DNA of 64,000 nucleotides from Eledone cirrhosa (lineage: Eukaryota), in assembly GCA_964016885.1 (NCBI GenBank), contig OZ024742.1, forward strand, positions 218,674,001 through 218,738,000, written 5' to 3'. Every line of letters begins with the position of its first letter. Within the stretch, counting starts at the first letter, position 1. This document shows, piece after piece, positions 63,321-64,000 of this stretch. Both the position numbers and the translations under genes were made by a program. Under the pieces are notes generated by a model, which saw only the letters and a list, made by a program, of their open reading frames with translations, was not told the origin of the DNA and searched no databases.

Positions 63321-63685
63321 TGATTCATCATCATTTCTAATTAGATTTTCAATGCTCACTGCATTAAATATTTTCATACTGTCTTAACTATTACTTTTAC
63401 ATGTGAATGGTGTCTCTGAGTAATATATTCTCTCCAATCAGTAGTTTAGTGCTGAGCAAGGGATGATTTATATTTGTATTTGGAAAGAAATAAAGCCTGC
63501 ATGTTTCGATAGATGTGTAATTGTAATATACATAAAAGGCAAAGTGTAAATGAACTGAGAAGAATTTGAGCATAAGAGGGATCAGATGCAGTGTGCATCC
63601 TGATCACCCCACCCTTCTCCCATGCCTTTACACCTCCTGCCCCAGTTCCCTGTCCACACTGAAGAGTGGTCGTTTTGTGCCATTA

Positions 63686-64000
63686 CAAAAAGCACCCAGC
63701 CCACATTGTAAAGTGGTCATGTAGGTATCAACAAAAGCACCCAACCCACACTGTAAAGTGGTTGTGTAGGTATCACAACAAAAGGCACCCAGCCCACACT
63801 GTAAAGTGGTTGTGTAGGTATCACAACAAAAGCACCCAACCCACACTGTAAAGTGGTCGTGTAGGTATCACAACAAAAGGCACCCAGCCCACACTGTAAA
63901 GTGGGTGTGTAGGTGTCATGACAAAAAGCACCCAGCCTTCAGTGTAAAGTGGTTGTGTAGGTATCACAACAAAAGGCACCCAGCCCACACTGTAAAGTGG
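63686..64000. repeat. 47-48-bp tandem repeat derived from the SINE-B interior
   Basis: Unit AAAAGCACCCAGCCCACACTGTAAAGTGGTTGTGTAGGTATCACAAC; runs off the window end. Confidence 0.9.

Noticed and set aside
61112-64000. Further IFT81 exons
   Set aside because: No segment resembling the next IFT81 residues (DIREE...RM...L..LKY) was found; they are probably beyond the window.

Overview
AT-rich, intron-rich, repeat-dense animal DNA. The SINE/RTE repertoire and microsatellites look cephalopod (octopus-like); this taxonomic call is inference. Three host genes are supported. (1) The 3' end of an ANKMY1-like MYND-finger gene (+): its MYND exon (3138-3298) joins in frame, through a 23-nt microexon (4968-4990), to a 4.1-kb terminal exon (11866-15993) encoding about 1,375 aa of Met/Asp/Arg/Lys/Gly repeats. 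(2) A complete five-exon SPCS2 (-, 55520->43239, 199 aa) with a U12-type intron 3. (3) The first coding exon of IFT81 (+, 60968-61111), head-to-head with SPCS2. The intergenic region holds an ~18-kb hAT-bounded nest (20861-38841, TSD CTCTAGAT) that splits an RTE LINE in two. Inside it is a tandem array of four Tx1-like (L1-clade) retrotransposons, each flanked by (TATC)n, suggesting a GATA-microsatellite-targeting element. Many RTE, CR1, CRE-like, LTR-type, Helitron-like, MITE and SINE relics fill the rest. Gene and TE names rest on recalled family motifs, not database searches.
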